Virus record (IMG/VR): IMGVR_UViG_3300033183_000484
Coordinates: 1 to 62,146 of that record
From: a virus
Lineage: Duplodnaviria > Caudoviricetes
DNA: 62,146 nt
Strand: one strand, 5' to 3'
In this document: positions 28,584 to 37,954 of the stretch, piece after piece
Position numbering within the stretch: position 1 is the stretch's first letter
Layout of the letters: the number at the start of each line of letters is the position of its first letter
Position numbers and translations under genes: made by a program
The notes under the pieces: model-generated
What the model saw: the letters and a program-made list of their open reading frames with translations, nothing else
Database searches by the model: none
What the model was told of the DNA's origin: nothing

Positions 28584-28595
28584 ATTGGATGGACT
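28558..28595. promoter_or_regulatory. Imperfect inverted repeat, candidate BrxR operator
   Basis: AGTCCGTCTA-N18-TGGATGGACT (8/10 complementary), enclosing TTGACA on + and TATAAA on -. Confidence 0.35.
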
Positions 28596-28702
28596 GTCCC
28601 AACCTAGAGTCGCTTGGGTTCCATGCTAAGCTGTATCATCTACCCTGGCTAGTATTAGTTGCACCAGTTGAAGCCACATTTAGCTGGCGGTGAGGATTTC
28701 TC

Positions 28703-29371
28703 ATGAATGACGGCTTAGTTTTGATTCTTTTACTGTTTCTCGCTTTCGCGTTGCTTTGGTTTTTTGTTTGGGAACCAAAAGCCCGAGAAGAACGTTTAGA
28801 GCGAAATCGAAGAGCAAAGGTGGCTCGAATTGAACTTGAGCGCCAAGCTGCTGAAGCGAAGGTTGAACGTGAGCGTAGAGATGCAGAAGGACGCGCAAAA
28901 CGTGAAGCGGTACAAACTCGGCTAAAAGCTGAACGGGAAGAAATATTAACAAATGTTCGGACAGGCGTGCCGGACTTTATTTTGAAGGCTCGTCTAGAGT
29001 TCGAGCGCGAGTACCGATCCAAGGGCGGGGAGGGCTTGTTTGGGCAGGAGATGTCGCCCCTCGTATGCTTTGGATATCGTGTTGGGAAAACGGCTGGGAG
29101 GACAGAAAGTGAGCGTCACCGAATTCTCGAATACGCTATGGCTGCTGACTACAATGCCACGCTGCCCTTCTTACCAACCTCATATCGGAACGATTGGGGT
29201 GGTCCATTGAGCGTGATGCGCTTCAATCGAATTTATCAGCATCTAAACAACATGGCGGACCTCCGCGATGGACGGCGGAATTTCGAAGTGGCGGTATATC
29301 ATTGGCGCACGGATGCGTCGTGGCTCTATGAACAGCAGCGGCCCATTGTGGAGAAGTTTCGTGCGATTTAA
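28703..29371 (+). CDS. Membrane-anchored coiled-coil hypothetical protein
   Basis: N-terminal TM segment, E/R-rich coil, globular C-terminal domain; GAGG RBS. Confidence 0.7.
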   Translation: MNDGLVLILLLFLAFALLWFFVWEPKAREERLERNRRAKVARIELERQAAEAKVERERRDAEGRAKREAVQTRLKAEREEILTNVRTGVPDFILKARLEFEREYRSKGGEGLFGQEMSPLVCFGYRVGKTAGRTESERHRILEYAMAADYNATLPFLPTSYRNDWGGPLSVMRFNRIYQHLNNMADLRDGRRNFEVAVYHWRTDASWLYEQQRPIVEKFRAI

Positions 29372-30536
29372 TCTTTTAGCGATTGGTATTTCTATCGGAC
29401 TGAGTGGCTCAGCTGTTGCTGAGGTTCCTTCGATGTTTGAGTATCAATTGGGTGATCATGTTATTGATTACCCGACCAATTTGCCAAATGTGATCGCTTC
29501 TGAACTGTACAGTCCGGATGGCCAGTCATTCATCAAAGTGGCGGCGCCTCAGGAAACAGAACTTGTCCTAACATTCACCCGTCCTGATCAAACCCTCAAG
29601 TACCTCGAACATGACTGGGTTAATCGCGATGTATCGGCTTCCACAGATCTAAAGATCCCGGGGGTTTCGGAGTTTGTATTCGGCAAAACTCGTGTTGTGG
29701 ATGTGCAGGCTGCGCTCGGACAGGAAGGATTTTATTACGACTGTCGTCAGCTGCAGTCGATTTCCGGTGGTGTTAATAGTCTCGTCTCGTTCGAAATTCC
29801 TTCGATCCCTGATGCAGTTTACACTTTTGCTTTCGAGTTTTCCCAAGATTTGGCTGATAGGGGGCTTGTCGATCTAGAAAAGCCTGATCTTTCTCAGGCT
29901 ATTCTCGTTGCTGCGATCGTATCTCGGCCAGAATATCCTGAAACTTTCTGGTGTTCAGAAACGAGCCCATACACCGCTCAGCCGACGTTGCCTGAGCTGC
30001 CCGAGGTAGAAGCATTCGACGATTTCCTACCTGACGGCGCGGGTTTGGAAGTTGAACCCTGGCAGGTTGTGACCGATCCCGTTCTGATGATTGCCAAGCC
30101 TGGCTCGATCACTTGGGGGGACCGGATGTTCATCATTCAAGATCCATCCGAATGCTCGTTGGTCGACATCTTTGTTTGGTCCCACACATTCGACGACCAA
30201 GAACTCCTTAGACTTGAAGGTCAGGATCTAGACGGGTCATTCAATATTCTGACCGTGGGCAGTCAACATGTACCAATCGAGTCTCCTGTAAATCTAAGTT
30301 TTACGATGTACGCCCCGGTTGTTGAGGGGTCCTGGCCTCCCTTCGCAATCGGTTCATTTGTCTTCCGAGGTTTTGATTTGGCACGGCTTGCCTCGATGGA
30401 AGCTGACCCGTCAGTTTTCGGATTTTCCTTGGAATTTGAAGGATCGCCTGCGGGACTGATGGACAATTATTGGTCTTTGGATGGGCTCGCGTCGGCTGGC
30501 CAAGAACTCATTAAACTTTGTGAGGGTGAACAATGA
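29361..30536 (+). CDS. Putative exported acidic protein
   Basis: GTG at 29361 gives signal peptide MRFNLLAIGISIGLSGSAVA-E. Confidence 0.65.
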   Translation: MRFNLLAIGISIGLSGSAVAEVPSMFEYQLGDHVIDYPTNLPNVIASELYSPDGQSFIKVAAPQETELVLTFTRPDQTLKYLEHDWVNRDVSASTDLKIPGVSEFVFGKTRVVDVQAALGQEGFYYDCRQLQSISGGVNSLVSFEIPSIPDAVYTFAFEFSQDLADRGLVDLEKPDLSQAILVAAIVSRPEYPETFWCSETSPYTAQPTLPELPEVEAFDDFLPDGAGLEVEPWQVVTDPVLMIAKPGSITWGDRMFIIQDPSECSLVDIFVWSHTFDDQELLRLEGQDLDGSFNILTVGSQHVPIESPVNLSFTMYAPVVEGSWPPFAIGSFVFRGFDLARLASMEADPSVFGFSLEFEGSPAGLMDNYWSLDGLASAGQELIKLCEGEQ

Positions 30537-31015
30537 AGTCGATTAAATTGGCCTTGATTTTAGTGTGCTCGAGTATGGGTGGAGTTGCCGTTCATGCGGA
30601 GCAAGCGTCCCCAAACAGTCCAGACAATATGGTTGCTATGTTTGCTGTATCGGGTCGTTGTGAGTTTTTAATGATCGCGGACGAGGAACGTCCCTGTAAG
30701 GGAAACGTCATCAACACCGAATATGATTTTGGCCGAACAGGTTTTTATTTTATCGAAAATGATCCCGACGGTATCATCGTGTCCTTTTCGGGAATGGGGC
30801 AGGACCAGATTTCTCCGTCAGAGAACATTCGACTGCAGCCGTTGGACTCTATTTTTATAGATGGGGCAGGGCTTGCCGCTGTGGGTTTTTGTACCTTTGA
30901 GAACCCATTTGTTGGACCCGCTCGCATCGAATGTTCAGCCTACTTAGAAAATGGAGAACTTTATTCTGGGTTTTTCGCATCTGACGGTTCTAAGCCGATG
31001 AATATGTTGGAGTAA
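30533..31015 (+). CDS. Putative exported protein
   Basis: Signal peptide ending VHA-E; four Cys in the mature region; ATGA-coupled. Confidence 0.65.
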   Translation: MKSIKLALILVCSSMGGVAVHAEQASPNSPDNMVAMFAVSGRCEFLMIADEERPCKGNVINTEYDFGRTGFYFIENDPDGIIVSFSGMGQDQISPSENIRLQPLDSIFIDGAGLAAVGFCTFENPFVGPARIECSAYLENGELYSGFFASDGSKPMNMLE

Positions 31016-31021
31016 TTAACG

Positions 31022-31438
31022 ATGACTAATCCTATCGATCAATCAAAAATTGTCGTCGCTTACCCTGGCTCAATGAGTGAAGACGGGCTACCAAAAAACA
31101 TTTCCCGAAAAGCCTGCCGAATTTGCTCCTTGGCCTGGAGTTGGACGCCAGCCCATAGTCGCGCTGAAGACTATTGGCTACATTATGGGAAATCTGAATG
31201 GTTTGTTTGGCTGTCATATTTCAACGAATTCGAAAACAAAACGGATCGCTACGTTGTCGCACGCATGCCAAAGGAAAATATCGCCCCTGAAAATGCAATA
31301 TCGCACCTGCTAACTGCTTTCTGGACGTTCGACGAGAAACAGACTGAACCTGGGCGACCACATGAGTGGAATGCCATAGGCGTACCTAATGACTTATTAG
31401 TCGGGATAATAGACTCTGTATGGAGGACATCTAAGTGA
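31022..31438 (+). CDS. Hypothetical protein
   Basis: 138 aa, Trp-rich; GGAG RBS. Confidence 0.55.
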   Translation: MTNPIDQSKIVVAYPGSMSEDGLPKNISRKACRICSLAWSWTPAHSRAEDYWLHYGKSEWFVWLSYFNEFENKTDRYVVARMPKENIAPENAISHLLTAFWTFDEKQTEPGRPHEWNAIGVPNDLLVGIIDSVWRTSK

Positions 31439-31864
31439 GACGATTTCAGAGATTTTGGCGGAAGCTAATAGTTTTGTTTTTTGCCTTAGGTGGCGTATAT
31501 TGGCTCGTTGATGGCATTCCTCCTTCCGATCTTGATAGTTGGTGCGCAGAAAACACGACCTGTGAAGAAGGGGCCTGTTGTTTAGAAGCTTACAATCAAG
31601 AAAAAAGCCAATGATACCTAAGTAATGGGCCTCATTATTTTGTGCTAGATTATTGAAAATATACCGCGATGGGTTGGGCAGCATCTCGTAGAGTTTGACC
31701 ACAATCAAGCCTTTGAGTAAATTGGTCTAGGCTTAAGTATCTTTAATGCCCCTGCCCCACGATAACTTGATCGAAACCTGTCGGTATAGAGTATGAATAT
31801 CGTGCCCGTTTCAAAGCAGACTAAGATCAAAATACGCCCGCCAATCGAAAATTTGAAAATTCTA

Positions 31865-33256
31865 CTAGAGCGACCCGCAACCCACCCGTGCCGCTAATTG
31901 ATCGAAAAATGTTGCGATAGCATCGATTTCAGCCCTATTCATATCACCCTTATTCCGAAGTTCTTCGATATCGAGCCGTGCCTTCGAAAAGGTTGTCCAT
32001 TGAGTCGCTGAAACATCAGAAGACTTCCATTTTGCTCGCAAATAATTTTCGAAAAGCGCCGCCTCCTCTATTGTCAGAAGTTCAGGGCTGTAAAACGCTA
32101 CCAACCGCCTACCGAGTTGACGCAGTCGAGCATCTGAAAGACTTGAGACGATTTCTTGGCGGCGTAACCAGGTTGCATGCTGAAACTCCTGCAAGAGTAT
32201 TTTGTCAGAGTTGGAGTAGAATTCCCCATAAATCTGTTGCTCAACCTTCTTTGGCGTAGCCTTGGTATCTTCGACGAAGCGTGCAGCCATTGCCGCGCCT
32301 ACACGCTGACGAAACTCAGGCGCGTTGGCAATAATCTCTGCCCGGCGCAAATGCTCTGAACTGGGCTCTCTGTGTTCTAGGAGAGCGGGCGCTTTGTTCG
32401 TGGGCACGCCTCGGATGATTTTCGGCGTGGCATCCACTGCGGCGAAGATCGCCTCATCCGAGGCCTCGAGGAACTCCGATGGGTCAGCAGCATCCAGATC
32501 AAAAAACGCCGCTTGTGCGATGTTGCCGTGGGAGTACCCGCAGAAACACCCCACGTAGGATCGCGGCTCACCGCCGCCAAAGCGCGTAAGTAGCTCGTAA
32601 GGCCGAAAGCTTTCAAGCTTTGCCTGCACACGCGCCTTATGGGCGCTGTCAATCAATTCAGACCACAGCGCTGGGCTACGTGTTGCGATCAGACGTGCGA
32701 TGTGAATGGTCGCCTCGACATCCCCCAGCGCATCATGCGCGTTGTGGGCATTGAAGCCATTTGCAGGCGCTAGCCGGTCAAGCTTGAAACTCCGCCGTCC
32801 AGTGTCCTCGGTGGGCCAAACAAGCAGATCAGGCTGCCGGACATAGGACGCATAGACTGCCGGCAGAATGTCGAAGCGCGTGTTTCCGTTGAACTGCGTG
32901 GCGTAAATGTTTGGCGACAGGTTCTGATAAAAGGTCTGCCGCAGCACCTCCTCGTCGAACTTCATCGTGTTGTAGCCCACCCAAATCGCCGGCGCCCATT
33001 TCTCGGTGAACTCGGCCACCTGCTGTGAGAACTCAAAAAGCGATGGCAGGCTTGCATCTGTCAGCTGATCAGGCGTGACGCGGGTAACAACCATCGCCTG
33101 CGGTGAAGGCAGAATATGAGGCGCCAACCGACAGCGAATGTTGATCCTATCTTTTTCCACGAAATGCTCATCCGTCCAGATTGCAGCAAACTGCAGCGGC
33201 TGATCGAACTCAGGAGAGATCCCAGTGGTTTCAAGATCGTAGAAGACAAAGTCCAT
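31865..33256 (-). CDS. sbcB: Exonuclease I-like DEDDh 3'-5' ssDNA exonuclease
   Basis: FYDLETTG, DQPLQFAAI, GYN..KFDEE, SFKLD, AHDALGDV, EQQIY..F motifs; 463 aa. Confidence 0.85.
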   Translation of the reverse strand: MDFVFYDLETTGISPEFDQPLQFAAIWTDEHFVEKDRINIRCRLAPHILPSPQAMVVTRVTPDQLTDASLPSLFEFSQQVAEFTEKWAPAIWVGYNTMKFDEEVLRQTFYQNLSPNIYATQFNGNTRFDILPAVYASYVRQPDLLVWPTEDTGRRSFKLDRLAPANGFNAHNAHDALGDVEATIHIARLIATRSPALWSELIDSAHKARVQAKLESFRPYELLTRFGGGEPRSYVGCFCGYSHGNIAQAAFFDLDAADPSEFLEASDEAIFAAVDATPKIIRGVPTNKAPALLEHREPSSEHLRRAEIIANAPEFRQRVGAAMAARFVEDTKATPKKVEQQIYGEFYSNSDKILLQEFQHATWLRRQEIVSSLSDARLRQLGRRLVAFYSPELLTIEEAALFENYLRAKWKSSDVSATQWTTFSKARLDIEELRNKGDMNRAEIDAIATFFDQLAARVGCGSL

Positions 33257-33463
33257 CGTTACAATATACTTGATTAAACTGAACTAATCTACAGAGGCCT
33301 AGCTGCAGAAACATTGAATTTCTCCACAGGAAACTCGAGCAGCATACTCATCAGTTAAATTTCAAGTAGCTAGCAGTATATAGGCCAGTTTATATTTGTG
33401 GTGTTACAATCGTAAGCGAGACCAAGTCAAAAAATATCATCATGCAGAGCAAAAAGGGATCGA

Positions 33464-33898
33464 ATGTCTGGAAGCGTAAATAAAGTGATATTGGTGGGCA
33501 ACCTCGGAGCGGACCCCGACATCCGCCCCCTAACAGGCGGACAATCTGTGGCTAACTTGCGCATCGCAACGAGCGAAAATTGGTCTGATAAGGTAACAGG
33601 AGAGCGTCGCGAACGTACGGAATGGCACAACGTCAGTGTATTTTCTCCCAACGCCGTGAATTACGCTCAATCATACCTGAAGAAAGGTTCTCCGGTATAC
33701 ATTGAGGGCCGTTTACAAACTCGCAAATGGCAAGATCCTTCAGGACAGGACCGGTACTCGACAGAAATAGTGGTAAATAACATTGGTGGGCAACTTATTG
33801 GCCTACCATCCAATCGGACCTCCCTCGAAACCGGACCGCTCCCCCAAACTACTCCCAATACACAACCCGGTTTTGACCCCGGCGACATCCCATTTTGA
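33464..33898 (+). CDS. ssb: Single-stranded DNA-binding protein
   Basis: [35 protein letters not shown]-terminal DIPF. Confidence 0.97.
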   Translation: MSGSVNKVILVGNLGADPDIRPLTGGQSVANLRIATSENWSDKVTGERRERTEWHNVSVFSPNAVNYAQSYLKKGSPVYIEGRLQTRKWQDPSGQDRYSTEIVVNNIGGQLIGLPSNRTSLETGPLPQTTPNTQPGFDPGDIPF

Positions 33899-33927
33899 TT
33901 TCAATTAACATTTTGTCAAATCAAGGA

Positions 33928-33952
33928 GCGGGATTAAGTGTCTTAATCCTGC
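33928..33952. terminator. Hairpin between convergent ssb and Hsp70-like genes
   Basis: GCGGGATTAAG-TGT-CTTAATCCTGC (one G-U pair); no clear U tract. Confidence 0.35.
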
Positions 33953-34079
33953 GGTAAATCTAGTTACCGTGTTACCGCTCAGGCATAACTCAGCCAGTAT
34001 CCGTCCTTCCAAAGTTAATACGATCTCAGTGATTTACAACTCAACAATCAAATTAGAGTTCATCAAATTTTTGGCAACT

Positions 34080-36458
34080 TCACATGTTGTAAAGGTCAAC
34101 TAGAAGATTTGGATTACTAGTTTCCCCCATCAACTCATCAGACAAATTTTCCAACAATTGTGAGTACTTATCCGCTTTTATTTTTTCTTTCCACCCCTTC
34201 CTCGCAAGCCTCTGCAAGTCTTTTCTGGTTCTTGTGATGGCAATGGCTAATTGCTCTGCAACTGGATCAAATCCAATCGTAAGAGCATGACGATCTTTAA
34301 GACGTGTTCTAATTAACCCACCTAGTAGGAATGGAGCATAATTGAACTTAGTATAATTCCCACCAATTTCTGCGGAAAACTCCTGTATGATCCGTTCTGC
34401 CAACCGCTCAATATCTCTCTGAGATAGGTTCAAAGGGGCAGTATCTGAGCGGGATAATAAGAATGCCATAGCCGCAGTCTCATTTCGCCAATTCCAAGTA
34501 GACAAATTAGAAGACATCAAGACTTTGATTGCTCGCTCTTCATCGTCAAGCTTCAAACAAGTCCGTCCTAGTCCTTGATAAAAGAGCACCCAACTTGCGG
34601 CATGTGAAACAACAGGATGCTGACCAGATGCATTCCTCTCGCTTATGACTTCGATCAGCTTTGACGCAACACCTTCAGGCGCCCTTCTAAACTGCCAAGT
34701 CAGAAACTTTAAGGTACCGTTACTTTCGGCTGATCTCCCATCAAGCCGCTTATAAGCATGCTCCCAAGCTCTAATGGTAAGTTCATCCAAACCATCGCGG
34801 CTCTGACCTGTGATTTCATTTGGGATCTCACCATCGCTTGAAACGCAATATGCACCTTCAAATCGGGAGCTTAATTGTTTCGTGAGCAATTCCCAATCTG
34901 GCTGATGACGCGATTTTTCCTGTGAGATCAGCTCTGTGAGGCCAGGAGTGCCATCCTGACCATCCCACAGTGATTTCGTACACGGCAATATCAATCTCTT
35001 AGGTATGGACGGGTTCCCTTGAGACAAATCGCTGATTAGCTCATCCCACGACTTATCCAGCTCTTCCGCACCTTCCCAATCCACCAAGAATTGCCGAGCT
35101 AACATTGGCGCATAAATAAATATCTTTGCTCGTCCTGCCGATGGAGCTTGCTCCACACTTAACTCCACCGGAAAGCGGTCTTGAACTTTATTCCCAAGTG
35201 AAACATTGGCCTTCCGTGCAGAAGGCATCATCTCTTTCTTAAGATATATGGAAATTTCACTTTGCCCGGGCTGAACTGCAAATTTAGCCGGTTCAGGAGA
35301 GCGGTAAATTCGACCTGCTTGCAAGATTTCATCTGGCCTAACTAGATCAAACGACTTAGCACCTTCATCACCAAGAACTATTGTCGAAATAGCTGGTAAA
35401 AAATCGAAGTACACAGGCTCTCCTTTTGCGTATCTTCGTGCAGCTTCTAGCGCCCCCCTTGCGATGATATCCTCATCTGCAACCGTCAACTTGGAACCAA
35501 AAATTTTAGCCAAGCGCTGCGCCAATGCTAATTTGATAGGTCCCGCAGAAAGCGTTTCAAATACAACACAGTCGCAATCTATCAGAGCACTTCCTAAATC
35601 ACTAAAATCGTCCCTCTTGAATTCTAATAATAATTTTTTTTCTTTAATGAAATTAAAATTACCTCGAGCATTTCTACTTAAGGCCTCAGAAGAAATACCA
35701 TTCAACGCCAACTCGTAAATAGCGCGGCGCAAAACTGTATCAACACCTTGGCTATGCTCAATATCACTGAGAAAATTTACTTTTGCATTCGAAATTAAAT
35801 TATCGTAGCCAAAACTTGTTTGAATTATCTTTGCAGCCTGCTGTCTTTCAGGCGCATAAATTTTGCCTGATTCAGTTTGGTACGACCTAATTTCGAGCTT
35901 CTGCACGGTTATGCCAGAACGGGCATGCGTTAACACACCTACAGTTTGTTTATCCACAAAGGTAAATTCTTTGTTTTGGTTTGTAAGAAGCCCCAATATT
36001 ACTAAAACTGATCGCCAAACTAAGAGTGATCGTCCTAATTTTTCTTTTGAAATAGCGGCTATAAGACGATCCTGGAGATCTTCAGTAAATGAGTGATCTT
36101 CATCCAAAGAGACCGCACAAAATTTAGCCCCAGAAGTATGCCCAGATAATGCAGCGCCAAGACATTCTCGCTCAGATGCTTCTTTGTGGAGCAACTCGAG
36201 CACAGGAATACGTCGTTCTACTGCTCCAACAACGCCCCATCCTCCTCCTCTTCCATGCGGTGCTAGTTGAGCTTGAGAGCCTCCAATCCACTTGCTTCGC
36301 CCACCTATTCCAACCCTTACCACATCCGGCGCGATAATAGATCCAGTAACCGATACATCACCGATCACTTCTTCTCCTTGAGCAGAATAATGCCAATTCT
36401 TCGCCGCACAATCTCTAATGCCATTTAAATCATAACCGCAAATCTTGGGTTTCTTCAT
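34080..36458 (-). CDS. Divergent Hsp70/actin-fold protein
   Basis: CGYDLNG (GIDLG-like), LLVWRSVLVILG (connect-1 position), IIARGALEAA (AVAxGAA-like), YFDFLP.IS (linker-like); TAATG-coupled start at 36458. Confidence 0.6.
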   Translation of the reverse strand: MKKPKICGYDLNGIRDCAAKNWHYSAQGEEVIGDVSVTGSIIAPDVVRVGIGGRSKWIGGSQAQLAPHGRGGGWGVVGAVERRIPVLELLHKEASERECLGAALSGHTSGAKFCAVSLDEDHSFTEDLQDRLIAAISKEKLGRSLLVWRSVLVILGLLTNQNKEFTFVDKQTVGVLTHARSGITVQKLEIRSYQTESGKIYAPERQQAAKIIQTSFGYDNLISNAKVNFLSDIEHSQGVDTVLRRAIYELALNGISSEALSRNARGNFNFIKEKKLLLEFKRDDFSDLGSALIDCDCVVFETLSAGPIKLALAQRLAKIFGSKLTVADEDIIARGALEAARRYAKGEPVYFDFLPAISTIVLGDEGAKSFDLVRPDEILQAGRIYRSPEPAKFAVQPGQSEISIYLKKEMMPSARKANVSLGNKVQDRFPVELSVEQAPSAGRAKIFIYAPMLARQFLVDWEGAEELDKSWDELISDLSQGNPSIPKRLILPCTKSLWDGQDGTPGLTELISQEKSRHQPDWELLTKQLSSRFEGAYCVSSDGEIPNEITGQSRDGLDELTIRAWEHAYKRLDGRSAESNGTLKFLTWQFRRAPEGVASKLIEVISERNASGQHPVVSHAASWVLFYQGLGRTCLKLDDEERAIKVLMSSNLSTWNWRNETAAMAFLLSRSDTAPLNLSQRDIERLAERIIQEFSAEIGGNYTKFNYAPFLLGGLIRTRLKDRHALTIGFDPVAEQLAIAITRTRKDLQRLARKGWKEKIKADKYSQLLENLSDELMGETSNPNLLVDLYNM

Positions 36459-37954
36459 TACGCGCCCCAAATATTCTTGGATAAAAATTCAGCGATAGCC
36501 TTACGCCCAAAGCCGAGAGAGGCTCCTGCGCCGTCGAATGTGACCGCATCCACGAGCAAACCAGCTTTCTCGAGCACCTCATGACCGGGCTCGTGATGAC
36601 CTGGTGTCAAAATCAAGCCGTGCCTAATACGTTCAAAGGCATTTGGGATCTGTTGCAGACCAATCAGGCGTTCCAATGCTTCATTGCATGCTAAATTGGG
36701 ATCAATTTTGCTCAATGCATGAGGCGTCCACACTGCAACTCGGTGCGGGTAACCACTGTCGTCCATCGGGTTGGAAATCTTCAATGCAACGTGAGCACGA
36801 GAAGCAAACTGTAAAGTTCCAGGCTCTTCGGGTCGGGCCATTACTTCAACCACTCGGCCGATGTCTTTCAACCAAAAAACTGCTATTGGCCTCTCTTGGT
36901 CGAACCAAATTCCATTCACAGCCTCATTTCTAAATATGATCGGCGACTGTGCCATCAAATGAGCATCTGGCATCTCATGAATGGCTAAGACTAGACACAG
37001 GACGGCAAATTCTGTCCATGTTTCGGCCTGCCAAGCCCACAGTTCGTCTTTAGCTTTTTCTCGTTGCAGAAGCTTCTCCCAAGCCTCCCTAACCGCACGA
37101 TATCCCTTATCCTCCATCAGTACGTAATTGGGTGTGATATCTGCTAGTGCGACTCCAATCCCAAGGCCGCGCAAATCGGCGGCCATCCCTTTGCATAATT
37201 TATTATAACTCTCGACAGCTACGTACCTTTGGCTCCCCTGCGCTTTTGCATGTTCGCGCAACCATTCTTGGCATACATCCGACGCAAGTCTGCAATAGGC
37301 ATGCATTACGCGATTTTCCAAAGTGTCGAAATTTTCTTTTCGAATGACAGCCATAATACGCTGTTCACTTCCTGCACGTTCCGCAACTGTCGATCCAGGT
37401 TGACGGGATAACCAAACCATCGAACCACGATCCATTTCTTGCACTCGATCTAATGGTATTAACTCACGTTCGCGACGAAGGACTCTGCGAATACGTGATC
37501 TTAACTCCTTTAAAATAATAGCTAACTCTCGTGCTTGCTTAACAATCTCCGCCATTCGTGGTTCTTCTTCACGTTCAGCTGCATCCCAAGACAGTTTTAG
37601 ATTGGACCAAAGGTGACTTGGATCATCAAGTGCCTCCTCCAGTTCCTGAACGCGTGCTACAACTTCATTCATGCGCGCTAGCGCTCGCACAGCATCGTCC
37701 GGAGCTTCCAATTCTTTTCCGGTTTTTGGGCGAATTAGAAAGTTGTCGCGTAGCGGAGCGTCTTCTTGCGTTTTTTTCGGATACGGATGTTGGACAAGTA
37801 AGCGCTCAACTCCATTCACTTTGCTCCTCATAAGAACAGAGTGACGCCCGGGCTGTTCCCCAGCACTTACTTCGGAAATCAAACAATCGCGCACGGAAAA
37901 CGGCTCGCCTTCATCTAGCCCTTTTCCCAACCATGGCCGCGAAAGACGGATCAT
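36458..37954 (-). CDS. McrC-like DUF2357 protein
   Basis: RERELIPLDRVQEMD, ENFDTLENRV, PNYVL..D..Y; directly follows the McrB-like gene with TAATG overlap. Confidence 0.8.
   Translation of the reverse strand: MIRLSRPWLGKGLDEGEPFSVRDCLISEVSAGEQPGRHSVLMRSKVNGVERLLVQHPYPKKTQEDAPLRDNFLIRPKTGKELEAPDDAVRALARMNEVVARVQELEEALDDPSHLWSNLKLSWDAAEREEEPRMAEIVKQARELAIILKELRSRIRRVLRRERELIPLDRVQEMDRGSMVWLSRQPGSTVAERAGSEQRIMAVIRKENFDTLENRVMHAYCRLASDVCQEWLREHAKAQGSQRYVAVESYNKLCKGMAADLRGLGIGVALADITPNYVLMEDKGYRAVREAWEKLLQREKAKDELWAWQAETWTEFAVLCLVLAIHEMPDAHLMAQSPIIFRNEAVNGIWFDQERPIAVFWLKDIGRVVEVMARPEEPGTLQFASRAHVALKISNPMDDSGYPHRVAVWTPHALSKIDPNLACNEALERLIGLQQIPNAFERIRHGLILTPGHHEPGHEVLEKAGLLVDAVTFDGAGASLGFGRKAIAEFLSKNIWGA

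Noticed and set aside
31397-31708. 103-aa minus-strand ORF and other short ORFs in AT-rich spacers (e.g. 44582-44806)
   Set aside because: No convincing RBS, motif or coupling; not supportable as genes.
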